A stretch of 50,095 bases of DNA from a virus. Its lineage: Duplodnaviria; Caudoviricetes. Below, piece by piece: positions 1 to 7,879 of this stretch. The stretch covers positions 1 through 50,095 of IMG/VR virus record IMGVR_UViG_3300033149_001537. One strand, given 5' to 3'. The notes beneath the pieces were generated by a model. That model was not told the DNA's origin, did not search any database, and was given only the letters and a program-made list of their open reading frames with translations. The translations under genes were made by a program, and so were the position numbers. How positions within the stretch are numbered: the first letter of the stretch is position 1; each line of letters starts with the position of its first letter.

Positions 1-402
1 GTGAGTCTCGAAGTTTTTTCATGAAATTTTTACTAAGGAGTGGTGTACATTTCTCTATATAAATCAATGTCTTATACATTATATATAAAGTGGCATGTGA
101 ATAGGTGGTATACTGTTTTGTGGGTGTTTTTCACTTTTTTTCACATTTTTGTTAAGGAATGTATTATATTGTAATTATGGTTCGGCAATTCAATAAAACG
201 ATTTCTATTTTAGAACAATGTCAGGCACCCATAGTCCCTTCGGCTGTGGTGGGGGCAAAACTCTTGCCGAGCCAGCCCCCTGCCTTTTGTTCGTGAAATA
301 GATTTCGTTATCAAAGGAGAGTAATATGCTTAAAATAGTCCATATAATCGCAACGGACCACGCATCCAGGGGAAAATGTTTAACCTGTGGAAATGAAGGT
401 GT

Positions 403-615
403 TTGATGAAGGATGGTGAAATATTTAAACATTGGTGGGACAATTTAGTAGAAAACCATTGGCATAGAATCGCGCTAAAAAAATATCCCGAAGATTGGGA
501 AGGTTTATTTGAGGAGGCCTATTTATTGGGTTGCTTGCGGGGGGCAAAAAAGGCCAAAGAGAGATTTGCCCAGACGGGCCAACACTCCGAGCGTGGTGAG
601 AAGGAAGGTGTTTGA
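403..615 (+). CDS. hypothetical protein
   Basis: ORF with GAAGG RBS, overlapping the next ORF; no recognisable motif. Confidence 0.55.
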   Translation: MMKDGEIFKHWWDNLVENHWHRIALKKYPEDWEGLFEEAYLLGCLRGAKKAKERFAQTGQHSERGEKEGV

Positions 616-800
616 TGGAAGAAAATAATGAATTTCGTGTTAGTTTGAAATGTGGGAGAGTGTTAGAATTACCAACACCCTATGGGTTGTGTAAAATGTT
701 AGCTATGCACGCGATTATAATGACACGACCATCAGAAAGCCCAGAACATATTAATAAGCGTGCCACAGAAATCGCTACAAAAATTACAAAAGGCAAGTAA
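612..800 (+). CDS. hypothetical protein
   Basis: ORF coupled to its neighbours, directly upstream of the small terminase gene. Confidence 0.55.
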   Translation: MMEENNEFRVSLKCGRVLELPTPYGLCKMLAMHAIIMTRPSESPEHINKRATEIATKITKGK

Positions 801-804
801 AAAA

Positions 805-1320
805 ATGCCTGAAAAAGACGAAATATTACAAATAAACACCAAAAAGTTAAATCAACAGCAAATTTGTGTATTATTTGATGTAACGCGGCAAGCTATCAAT
901 AAATGGATAAAAAAGGGCTTTCCTTACTATTTTGCAGAAGGTGTGAGTGACGGTGTAAAATACTATGATTTAATAGAATGCATCAAATGGCGTACAAATG
1001 AGCTTAAGAGCAAGTCTTTGGGCAGCGAGAAGGACGACTTAGAGATTGACCGGTTAAGGAAACAAATAAGGAAATTAGAGCTTGAAAATGCTGATAAAGA
1101 GAGAAAAACTATATCCAGAGAAAGATTTGAGGAGATACAACGTACACAGGCACATGAATTAATGACTTTTCTCACTGAGGGCTATAAAAAGAACGCCCAG
1201 AAAATGATGACAAAGTTAAATTTACCGGGAACTGTGCTTGCTAAATTTCTTGAAGTATGGGATGAGTATATGAAAACGGCGTTAAAAAAATTTGTAGAGT
1301 CAGGAGTGGACATAGAATGA
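805..1320 (+). CDS. terS: terminase small subunit (lambda Nu1-like, N-terminal winged HTH)
   Basis: HTH-like QQICVLFDVTRQAINKWIKKGFP followed by a coiled coil; upstream of the large terminase; ATG 805 preferred over 760. Confidence 0.8.
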   Translation: MPEKDEILQINTKKLNQQQICVLFDVTRQAINKWIKKGFPYYFAEGVSDGVKYYDLIECIKWRTNELKSKSLGSEKDDLEIDRLRKQIRKLELENADKERKTISRERFEEIQRTQAHELMTFLTEGYKKNAQKMMTKLNLPGTVLAKFLEVWDEYMKTALKKFVESGVDIE

Positions 1321-1646
1321 AAGTATCATTAAAAAAAGGCGAATTTGAATATTCAATAGAACGGTGTCATAAGGGCAAGTGTACAATATTGTCGGGTGGA
1401 ATGGACATAAGCCCTACGTGGGAAGAATATGTTGATGATTACAATGAGCCATTCCAACAAAGGCTTGAATTGATTAAAAAATATTTAATTGATAATAATT
1501 TGATTGGGGAAACCGGAGAATGGATTAATGATTATTATTTTGAATTTGATGATGATTTTGATTTGGGTTTCACATGGAGAGCGTGGGGTGATTTTATGCA
1601 AGCCTTAGTTGGGAAAAGAGAAGGGTATATGAAATATTATATGTAG
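1317..1646 (+). CDS. hypothetical protein inserted between the terminase genes
   Basis: 109-aa ORF with ATGA overlap; flanked by a duplicated terS 3' end. Confidence 0.7.
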   Translation: MKVSLKKGEFEYSIERCHKGKCTILSGGMDISPTWEEYVDDYNEPFQQRLELIKKYLIDNNLIGETGEWINDYYFEFDDDFDLGFTWRAWGDFMQALVGKREGYMKYYM

Positions 1647-1661
1647 AAAGCGGAGTGGATA

Positions 1662-1805
1662 TTGAGTGACGAAAAGCCGACTTACATAGAAATATCATTA
1701 AATAATCCTGAAAAGGATAATTTTGTAGAATGGGTAAAACAGAATTATACCATACTAAAAATAGAAGAAAAGAATGGCGTGGTAAGGATTGAAGTGAAAA
1801 CATAA
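1662..1805 (+). CDS. small hypothetical protein (47 aa, not in ORF track)
   Basis: TTG start after GGAG, open to a TAA that overlaps the terL ATG (TAATG). Confidence 0.45.
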   Translation: MSDEKPTYIEISLNNPEKDNFVEWVKQNYTILKIEEKNGVVRIEVKT

Positions 1806-3748
1806 TGTACGTCCTCGATGAACACAAATTTCCCTTCTGGAAGGGCTACCGGGAAAACTTCAGGGTAAGGGAGTTTCAATTACCCTCTGATTGGATAAAT
1901 GAGCACTTTCGGCTTTCTACTGCTTATGCTGTGCAGGGAGCTATTAAGCTTTTTCCTTGGCAAGTATCTGTATGTGATGCTATTGTGTATTTTGATGTGG
2001 TTGTTTGTGTTGGGGCTGTCCAGACAGGAAAGTCAATGTGTGCTGAGGCGGTTGTGGGGTATGAGATAGATACCGACACAAATAACATGATGTTGATTTA
2101 TTCTAAGAAGGAAACGGTTGAAGATGTTTTTGACGAGCGATTAAAGCCATTAGTAAAAGAAGTCCCTGCAATCAGGAAACACTGGAACGGTGAAGAAAAT
2201 AATTTAACCAAGAAAAAGTTGAAATTAAATCATCTTATAGCCAGGATAGCTTCTGCCGGACTGAAGACAGATATTGCTACTCATAATGCTGGTTTCGTGT
2301 ATGGATCAGAATTGGCAAAATGGCCTAAAAAGGGATTTTCACAAACAAAAGCTGTTGAAGGTAGAAAACAGGCAAGTCGGATGGTGGGGAAAACAGTAAA
2401 AACTTTGTATGAGACTTCCCCCGAACATGACCAAGACCCATCTTATATAGAAGCACATAAACCGGGAACTATATTTTTTAAACCTCATTATCAATGCCCT
2501 CACTGTGACCATTGGCAGCCACTTGTGGATTCTCAGATAAAAGAAGTGCCCAACAAAAAAGGGGTGAAGGATCACAATAGCGAAAGAATACGGGAAGACA
2601 ACGCTGCATATTACGAGTGTATTAACTGCAAGGGAAAAATAACCGAGGAAGAACGACTACAAATATCTGATAATGTACAATGGATGGATATTAAGAAGAA
2701 AATCCCATTTGATAAAATTGTTAAAATGGATAAGCACCCCAAAAGGGCTGTTTTAAATTGGAATCGACTGGTTGATACTACTTGGAGCTTTGCTGAATGC
2801 CTTGCCATTTTCTTTGATGCTCTGAATAGCCCGAACGCCGATGATTTAAAAACTTATCGCAATGAAGATATGGCAGAATGGGTAAAACTGAGAGCACAAA
2901 AATACGGTGATAGCTTTATAAGGTCAAAATGTTTAAAATACAAACAATATGGAGCAGATGCTTATGTACCTGATGGTGTTAGGGTTTTGTTGCTTGGCGC
3001 GGATACTCAGGATAATGGTTTTTATTTTGTCGTGCGTGGGTTTGGCGCTTCTCTTGAATCTTGGTTGGTTCGTGCTGATTTTATTCATTGTGATATGAAG
3101 GATTATAAAAATCCGGCCGATGTGCTCGATATGTTCAACGGTGAAGTGTATAGATACCCATATATGAAGCGGGACACTACGGTATTGCCTATTTTGTTTG
3201 GCCTTATAGACAGGGGTGGGCACAGAAGTGTTGATGTGGATTACATAGTGAGCCATTCTACCAATATCGGTGCTTTTATAGGTGCAACATCAAGAAACGC
3301 TGCATTGATAGAGCAAAAGCCTTCAGGACACTATCATGGACACAGCGAGAGATTGAGTAGAATTGTGCATAAGAATATGGAATCTAAAATATGGCATTTG
3401 CCGGGTGACATACAACCTGAATACTGTGAACAAGTATTAAATCACTATGACGAGAAAATAATCGACTCGCGGGGAAATGAAAGAAAAAGATGGCTAACCG
3501 GAAACGAACACGGCAAGCCAGACCATTATCGGGATTGTGAAGATTATATCATGGGAGCCGTTAATCTACTTGATTTACAATCACAAATGTTTGCCGATGA
3601 GCCGGAAATTAAAAATTTAGAAAACAGGGTTATCGAGGCAGATAAAGCCAAACAGGAGAAAGAAGAGCAAATGCAGGGAGTTTCCGATAAAGAGGCAAAT
3701 AATCTGGTATCTAAATTTAAAGATGAAATGGGAAAGCATGGGTGGTAA
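1805..3748 (+). CDS. terL: terminase large subunit, lambda GpA family
   Basis: Walker A GAVQTGKS, CPHC..CINC Zn motif, nuclease motifs GADTQ, IDRGG, PDHYRDCE; 647 aa. Confidence 0.95.
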   Translation: MYVLDEHKFPFWKGYRENFRVREFQLPSDWINEHFRLSTAYAVQGAIKLFPWQVSVCDAIVYFDVVVCVGAVQTGKSMCAEAVVGYEIDTDTNNMMLIYSKKETVEDVFDERLKPLVKEVPAIRKHWNGEENNLTKKKLKLNHLIARIASAGLKTDIATHNAGFVYGSELAKWPKKGFSQTKAVEGRKQASRMVGKTVKTLYETSPEHDQDPSYIEAHKPGTIFFKPHYQCPHCDHWQPLVDSQIKEVPNKKGVKDHNSERIREDNAAYYECINCKGKITEEERLQISDNVQWMDIKKKIPFDKIVKMDKHPKRAVLNWNRLVDTTWSFAECLAIFFDALNSPNADDLKTYRNEDMAEWVKLRAQKYGDSFIRSKCLKYKQYGADAYVPDGVRVLLLGADTQDNGFYFVVRGFGASLESWLVRADFIHCDMKDYKNPADVLDMFNGEVYRYPYMKRDTTVLPILFGLIDRGGHRSVDVDYIVSHSTNIGAFIGATSRNAALIEQKPSGHYHGHSERLSRIVHKNMESKIWHLPGDIQPEYCEQVLNHYDEKIIDSRGNERKRWLTGNEHGKPDHYRDCEDYIMGAVNLLDLQSQMFADEPEIKNLENRVIEADKAKQEKEEQMQGVSDKEANNLVSKFKDEMGKHGW

Positions 3749-3998
3749 AATGGGCAAAACAATAGAAGTTAATGACAATGTTGATATGGCACAAGGAATC
3801 AAAATCATTGAAGAGCCGTATAGTGTTAAATGGGAGGCCGAAGGATGGTATAAAATATATTTTAGAAAAACATTTGTGGGTTCTGGAAGAGACTTACACA
3901 ATAAAAATGTTCCCGCGTCTTTGGAGTTATTAAATGATGCTTACCAAAAAGGATATCATAATTGTTCTGTCGAGTTGTTAAATGCTAAAACAAGTTAA
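3723..3998 (+). CDS. hypothetical protein
   Basis: ORF in a tightly packed run; real start probably 3750. Confidence 0.55.
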   Translation: MKWESMGGKMGKTIEVNDNVDMAQGIKIIEEPYSVKWEAEGWYKIYFRKTFVGSGRDLHNKNVPASLELLNDAYQKGYHNCSVELLNAKTS

Positions 3999-4164
3999 AT
4001 CATTCTTTTACTTCATTAAGCTAAAGTGGTACTTTAGGCTTGTGAAGGCTGAAATTATCATAAAAGTGCTGGATGGCAAAGCTATTCCTGCAAATTATTT
4101 CTGGCAACGGTTAGACTATATCATTAGAAAGAAGGGGAAGGTATATGAAAAAGTTCAAAGATGA
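3982..4164 (+). CDS. hypothetical protein
   Basis: short ORF overlapping its neighbours. Confidence 0.45.
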   Translation: MLKQVKSFFYFIKLKWYFRLVKAEIIIKVLDGKAIPANYFWQRLDYIIRKKGKVYEKVQR

Positions 4165-4381
4165 AGTGTACCGTGAGATGAACAAAATATTAAAAAACCC
4201 GGAAAAGAAACTGATTCGTGCATTCTTTGTGCAAAAGGAGCTATTGAAAAGCCCGCATGACTTACGTGACCAGGGTTATCTGCAAATGGAAACGATTGGT
4301 TGGGACACGATACCTGTATATGCCGTTAGGGGTATGGTAAACAAAGTAGAGGCTGAATACATAGACATTGCTCTGAAATAG
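4145..4381 (+). CDS. hypothetical protein
   Basis: GGGGAAGG RBS, 78 aa. Confidence 0.55.
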   Translation: MKKFKDEVYREMNKILKNPEKKLIRAFFVQKELLKSPHDLRDQGYLQMETIGWDTIPVYAVRGMVNKVEAEYIDIALK

Positions 4382-4389
4382 GGGGAATA

Positions 4390-4704
4390 ATGGCAAAAAG
4401 AGGTAGACCACCGAAAAAGAAAATTACTGAGTTATATTTGCAGTATGACATGGATAGAATAGTAGGTGAAGAATGGAAAACCCGATTTGACGAAATTCTT
4501 AATAAACGATATGTCGATGGGTGGAAATATGTGCCACCCTATTCCAGAATAGGAATAAGCGATAAATACAATAGCCAACTCTCACAGCCGGAAATAGTAT
4601 ATGGTGTGCTGTATGAGAGGCGTGTGGCAATAGAGATTGTTGCCCCAAGGGGAACGCTTATCGAACAGCCAATGAAGAAAAACAAATTTCAATTAGGGGA
4701 ATAA
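4390..4704 (+). CDS. hypothetical protein with N-terminal AT-hook-like KRGRP motif
   Basis: MAKRGRPPKK; GGGGG RBS. Confidence 0.6.
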   Translation: MAKRGRPPKKKITELYLQYDMDRIVGEEWKTRFDEILNKRYVDGWKYVPPYSRIGISDKYNSQLSQPEIVYGVLYERRVAIEIVAPRGTLIEQPMKKNKFQLGE

Positions 4705-4719
4705 AAATATAGAAAAGTG

Positions 4720-4748
4720 TTGACAAAGCACTTTTTTTATATTAGTTT
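4720..4748 (+). promoter_or_regulatory. sigma70-type promoter of the Zn-ribbon/RAMP/array unit
   Basis: TTGACA (4720-4725), 17 bp, TAGTTT (4743-4748). Confidence 0.7.
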
Positions 4749-4772
4749 AGTAATATACCAAAGGGGTGAAGT

Positions 4773-4901
4773 ATGAACATAGAAGTTAGGGAAGTTAAAT
4801 GCAAGAGATGTAATCACCAATGGATACCTCGAAAGAAAGAGGTTCGGGTGTGTCCAAAGTGTAAAAGCCCGTATTGGGATAAGGAAAGAACAAAAAAATA
4901 A
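4773..4901 (+). CDS. 42-aa zinc-ribbon protein (not in ORF track)
   Basis: MNIEVREVKCKRCNHQWIPRKKEVRVCPKCKSPYWDKERTKK; two CxxC motifs; AGGGGTG RBS. Confidence 0.8.
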   Translation: MNIEVREVKCKRCNHQWIPRKKEVRVCPKCKSPYWDKERTKK

Positions 4902-4928
4902 CATTCACTTTAACAAAGCGAGGACAGA

Positions 4929-5507
4929 ATGAAGGTTCAAATCATATTCACAGAAGAGTTGCTTGGAACGGCAAGTTCTAACCCAGAAGTTCACAGAGAG
5001 TTTATTGCTTCAAAGGCTCCTGATGCACAAAGCCGGGAAGAAGAGGTTGAGTCTTTGGGTGTTGAAGAGGTGACGGAAAAGGCAATGACGGTGTTTCCCA
5101 GAGAAGACGGAAAGCCATTTTTGTGGGATTATCAAATTAAGGGGTTTTTCAAAGATGCCTGTGGTATGCTTAGACGTGTCAAAGGCACAAAAAGCGCTTC
5201 TCTGAAGGCATTTAAAAAGATTATTGACGGGTTGGTTTTTGTTAATCCCCGCAAAATATTCATTAATATTAATGGGGAAATTGGAGAGTGCCAGCGACCA
5301 TTGAGAGCACAAACTGCTCAGGGGGAACGGATTGCCTTGGCTCACAGCGAAACCATTTCTGAAGGCTCTACTATTGAAATAGAAATAAATTGTCTTAATG
5401 GTGCGTTGGAAAAGGTAGTTGAAGAGTGGCTGGATTATGGCAAGCTCAGAGGATTGGGACAGTGGAGAAATTCAGGTAAGGGAAGATTTGATTATAAGGT
5501 TTGCTAG
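4929..5507 (+). CDS. stand-alone Cas7-group RAMP-like protein (candidate RNA-guided effector backbone)
   Basis: N-terminal beta-strand plus LLG, central P-x-L-x-x-x-QIKGFFKDA helix, HSETI..G segment, C-terminal Gly-rich loop GLGQWRNSGKGRF typical of RAMPs; no other cas genes nearby. Confidence 0.75.
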   Translation: MKVQIIFTEELLGTASSNPEVHREFIASKAPDAQSREEEVESLGVEEVTEKAMTVFPREDGKPFLWDYQIKGFFKDACGMLRRVKGTKSASLKAFKKIIDGLVFVNPRKIFININGEIGECQRPLRAQTAQGERIALAHSETISEGSTIEIEINCLNGALEKVVEEWLDYGKLRGLGQWRNSGKGRFDYKVC

Positions 5508-5846
5508 GGCTATGTGCAGCATTGGTGGTTTGGCACTGCGGTGGCGGAGCAAGGCCCCGTTCAGCAAAGCTGGGGTGTAGCTCAGGGTAGCTCAGTAACG
5601 CAAAGGCATTGAGCAGCAGCGCTATGCTTGAGAGAGCGAGGCAAAGGCGATGCAATGTTGAGCAAGGCCGAGGCTTTGTCCGGCAGCGGCTAAGCATCAC
5701 ACCGCAAAGGCATGACCTAGCATTGCAAAGGCCTTGTTTTGCTTTGCTAAGCCCAGCAATGGCTAAGTAGAGCGACACGCAGCACAGAACAGTTTGCAGA
5801 GGCGCGACACTGCAAGGCAAAGCAATGTGTTGCAAATGAGCAGCAA
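5508..5846 (+). ncRNA. non-coding pentamer-periodic array (NGC/NGT + NN units), candidate guide RNA(s)
   Basis: parses as GGCAT TGAGC AGCAG CGCTA TGCTT GAGAG AGCGA GGCAAA GGCGA TGCAA TGTTG AGCAA...; starts at the RAMP stop codon and ends at a terminator; visibly GC-richer than its flanks. Confidence 0.7.
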
Positions 5847-5847
5847 T

Positions 5848-5881
5848 AAAAGAGCGTTTCTTCGGAAAGGCTCTTTTTTTT
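5848..5881 (+). terminator. rho-independent terminator
   Basis: AAAAGAGCGTTTC-TTCG-GAAAGGCTCTTTT stem with one mismatch, then T-run. Confidence 0.85.
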
Positions 5882-5894
5882 ATTTAAAAACAAG

Positions 5895-5923
5895 TTGACT
5901 TAAAATAAAAAAAAGAGTATAAT
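5895..5923 (+). promoter_or_regulatory. sigma70-type promoter upstream of the head genes
   Basis: TTGACT, 17 bp, TATAAT. Confidence 0.8.
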
Positions 5924-5988
5924 ACCTAGTAATGGTACAATACTCAACATCTTACGACCCATATATTATATACTACTTGAAGTAGTTT

Positions 5989-6011
5989 AGGCGTTTAATA
6001 CGCCTTTTTTT
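5989..6011 (+). terminator. terminator-like hairpin in the head-operon leader
   Basis: AGGCGT-TTAAT-ACGCCT followed by T-run. Confidence 0.55.
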
Positions 6012-6084
6012 ATATGTGAGGACAATTTAAGGCTATACAGGGAGCCTGTACTTTCTGTTATAGCCTTTTTTATTTGGAGGCAAC

Positions 6085-6297
6085 TTGGCATACACAGTAG
6101 CAGATGTAACCGCAATTCGAGCAGCTATTGTTGACATTGCTACTCGCGGCGCGGTCGAAGTTGAAATCAACGGAAGGCGTGTTAAGTATTCAGACCCTTC
6201 AAAGTTACAGTCATTACTTGAAATAATTGAAGCTGAAGTAAATGCTGAAACTTACGGCGGTTGTATGCCTGTTATATTTAAGGAGACAACGGATTAA
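6085..6297 (+). CDS. head-tail joining protein, lambda gpW-like
   Basis: 70 aa, VEINGRRVKY motif, directly before the portal; GGAGG RBS. Confidence 0.8.
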   Translation: MAYTVADVTAIRAAIVDIATRGAVEVEINGRRVKYSDPSKLQSLLEIIEAEVNAETYGGCMPVIFKETTD

Positions 6298-7796
6298 TGG
6301 CATTTCCTATTTTAGACAATTTTCTTAGGCACAGGCGCGAGAAGTATGAAATCCGCATGAATATGTATAATCAGGTGCGTAGAATGCTTTCTCATTATGA
6401 TGCGGGCGAAATGGGCAGGCTTCAGGACGATTGGGCAACTACTACAAATACACCTTCTCAGAACTTCAAGGCAAATTGGCGTACCATTATAGCGCGTTCA
6501 ATACATTCCTATGACAACAATCCTCATACCCAGGCCCTTCTGGGGACACTTCTTTCTAATGTAATAGGCAATGGCATACGTCCGGTGGCAATGGTTAAAA
6601 ACAACGGCGGTGAGCCTGTAGAGGGGATTAATAAGGTTCTCAACGAAGCATGGAAACGATATAACGATGAGTGGGATTCAAGGCGCAAAGACACTCACGC
6701 CGAATTACAGAAGGTACGGTTTGGTGAGATTTTTCGCACAGGTTCTACAATAACAAATTTAAGACCATCGGAAAAGGGTAGCTTTCTTTCAATAACCAAT
6801 CAGGTAATAAATGTACTCAGGCTGGATGATTCGAGAGACTTGTTAAGTGAATCATTTGATGACCCGCAAACGAAAAACACTGTTTTTGGTATAAACATAA
6901 ATGAAAACGAAAGAGCCACTTCTTATTGGATAAAGGGGCTTGACCGTCCCGTATCTGCTGAATTAATGAAATTAGACTTCAAAACTATTCTGGCAGAGCA
7001 ATATATAGGAATGCCTTGGTTAATGGCTGCACTGAAATATTTGTGGGCAAATGAACAACTAATAAGTGACAAACTCATTTCTTCGCGTATTCAGGCAATG
7101 ATAGCACTTTTTATTCCCAACAGCCTAATGAGCAAACTAATGGGACAACAGAAAAACTCTGACAATCAGCTTGAGTGGAAACAAGGGCATGTTTATACTG
7201 GCAAGGTTGGTGAGGAGCCGAAAGTAATTCAGCCTGACGATTCTATAAAAGACGTTTTAGAGCCATTACAGAGGCTTTTATTACATGCCATTTCTACGAC
7301 ATTGGGATTAAGTTATCAGACGGTTACGCGGGATTTGGTGCGTACCAATATGGCATCCGGCAGGATTAATGTTAATGAGGATCGTAAAGTCTTCCGGGCG
7401 TTTCAGAAATGGTTCTCTAAAGATGTTTTACAGCCCGATTGGAACGTGTTTGTCCGGTATATGTTTCTTGAAGGTAAAATCGCCGGCAAGAGCATTATTG
7501 ACTATAACCAGGATAAGTGGAAATATAATCAGGCACATTGGATACCTACAGGATTTGATTTTATAGACCCTTCAAAAGAGGCTACTGCTGCAATTGAGTT
7601 AATCAATAACAAGCAAATGACCTATGAAAAGTGGTATGGAGAGCAAGGCACTGATTACCGGGATGCATTTGCACAAATAGCCAAAGAGCAGAAATTAATG
7701 AAAGAACTAAAAATAGAGCCTGTCGAAGTACAAAACGCAATGCAAAAACAGAAAGCGGGTGTGTCGGGTGATAGCGATAGAGAAGAAGACGATTAA
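6297..7796 (+). CDS. portal protein, lambda family
   Basis: 499 aa; VIGNGI, GLSYQTVTRDL, NMASGR, FIDPSKE motifs. Confidence 0.92.
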   Translation: MAFPILDNFLRHRREKYEIRMNMYNQVRRMLSHYDAGEMGRLQDDWATTTNTPSQNFKANWRTIIARSIHSYDNNPHTQALLGTLLSNVIGNGIRPVAMVKNNGGEPVEGINKVLNEAWKRYNDEWDSRRKDTHAELQKVRFGEIFRTGSTITNLRPSEKGSFLSITNQVINVLRLDDSRDLLSESFDDPQTKNTVFGININENERATSYWIKGLDRPVSAELMKLDFKTILAEQYIGMPWLMAALKYLWANEQLISDKLISSRIQAMIALFIPNSLMSKLMGQQKNSDNQLEWKQGHVYTGKVGEEPKVIQPDDSIKDVLEPLQRLLLHAISTTLGLSYQTVTRDLVRTNMASGRINVNEDRKVFRAFQKWFSKDVLQPDWNVFVRYMFLEGKIAGKSIIDYNQDKWKYNQAHWIPTGFDFIDPSKEATAAIELINNKQMTYEKWYGEQGTDYRDAFAQIAKEQKLMKELKIEPVEVQNAMQKQKAGVSGDSDREEDD

Positions 7797-7879
7797 AGAT
7801 GTTCTTGATATAAAAATATTACCAGAAGGATTGGAAGTGCCTAAATGCCTACAGGTATTAATTGAAAAAGGAGAAGAGT

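Noticed and set aside
1-200. cos site or terminal repeat at the window ends
   Set aside because: Position upstream of terS is compatible with cos packaging, but no end redundancy or recognisable cos sequence could be identified.
5446-5835. 129-aa minus-strand ORF over the periodic array
   Set aside because: Low-complexity Leu/Cys/Ala translation, antisense to a promoter-terminator unit and overlapping the RAMP gene; best explained as a shadow of the repeat.
5508-5846. Canonical CRISPR array next to the Cas7-like gene
   Set aside because: No identical 25-40 bp repeats with unique spacers; conservation is at the pentamer level only.
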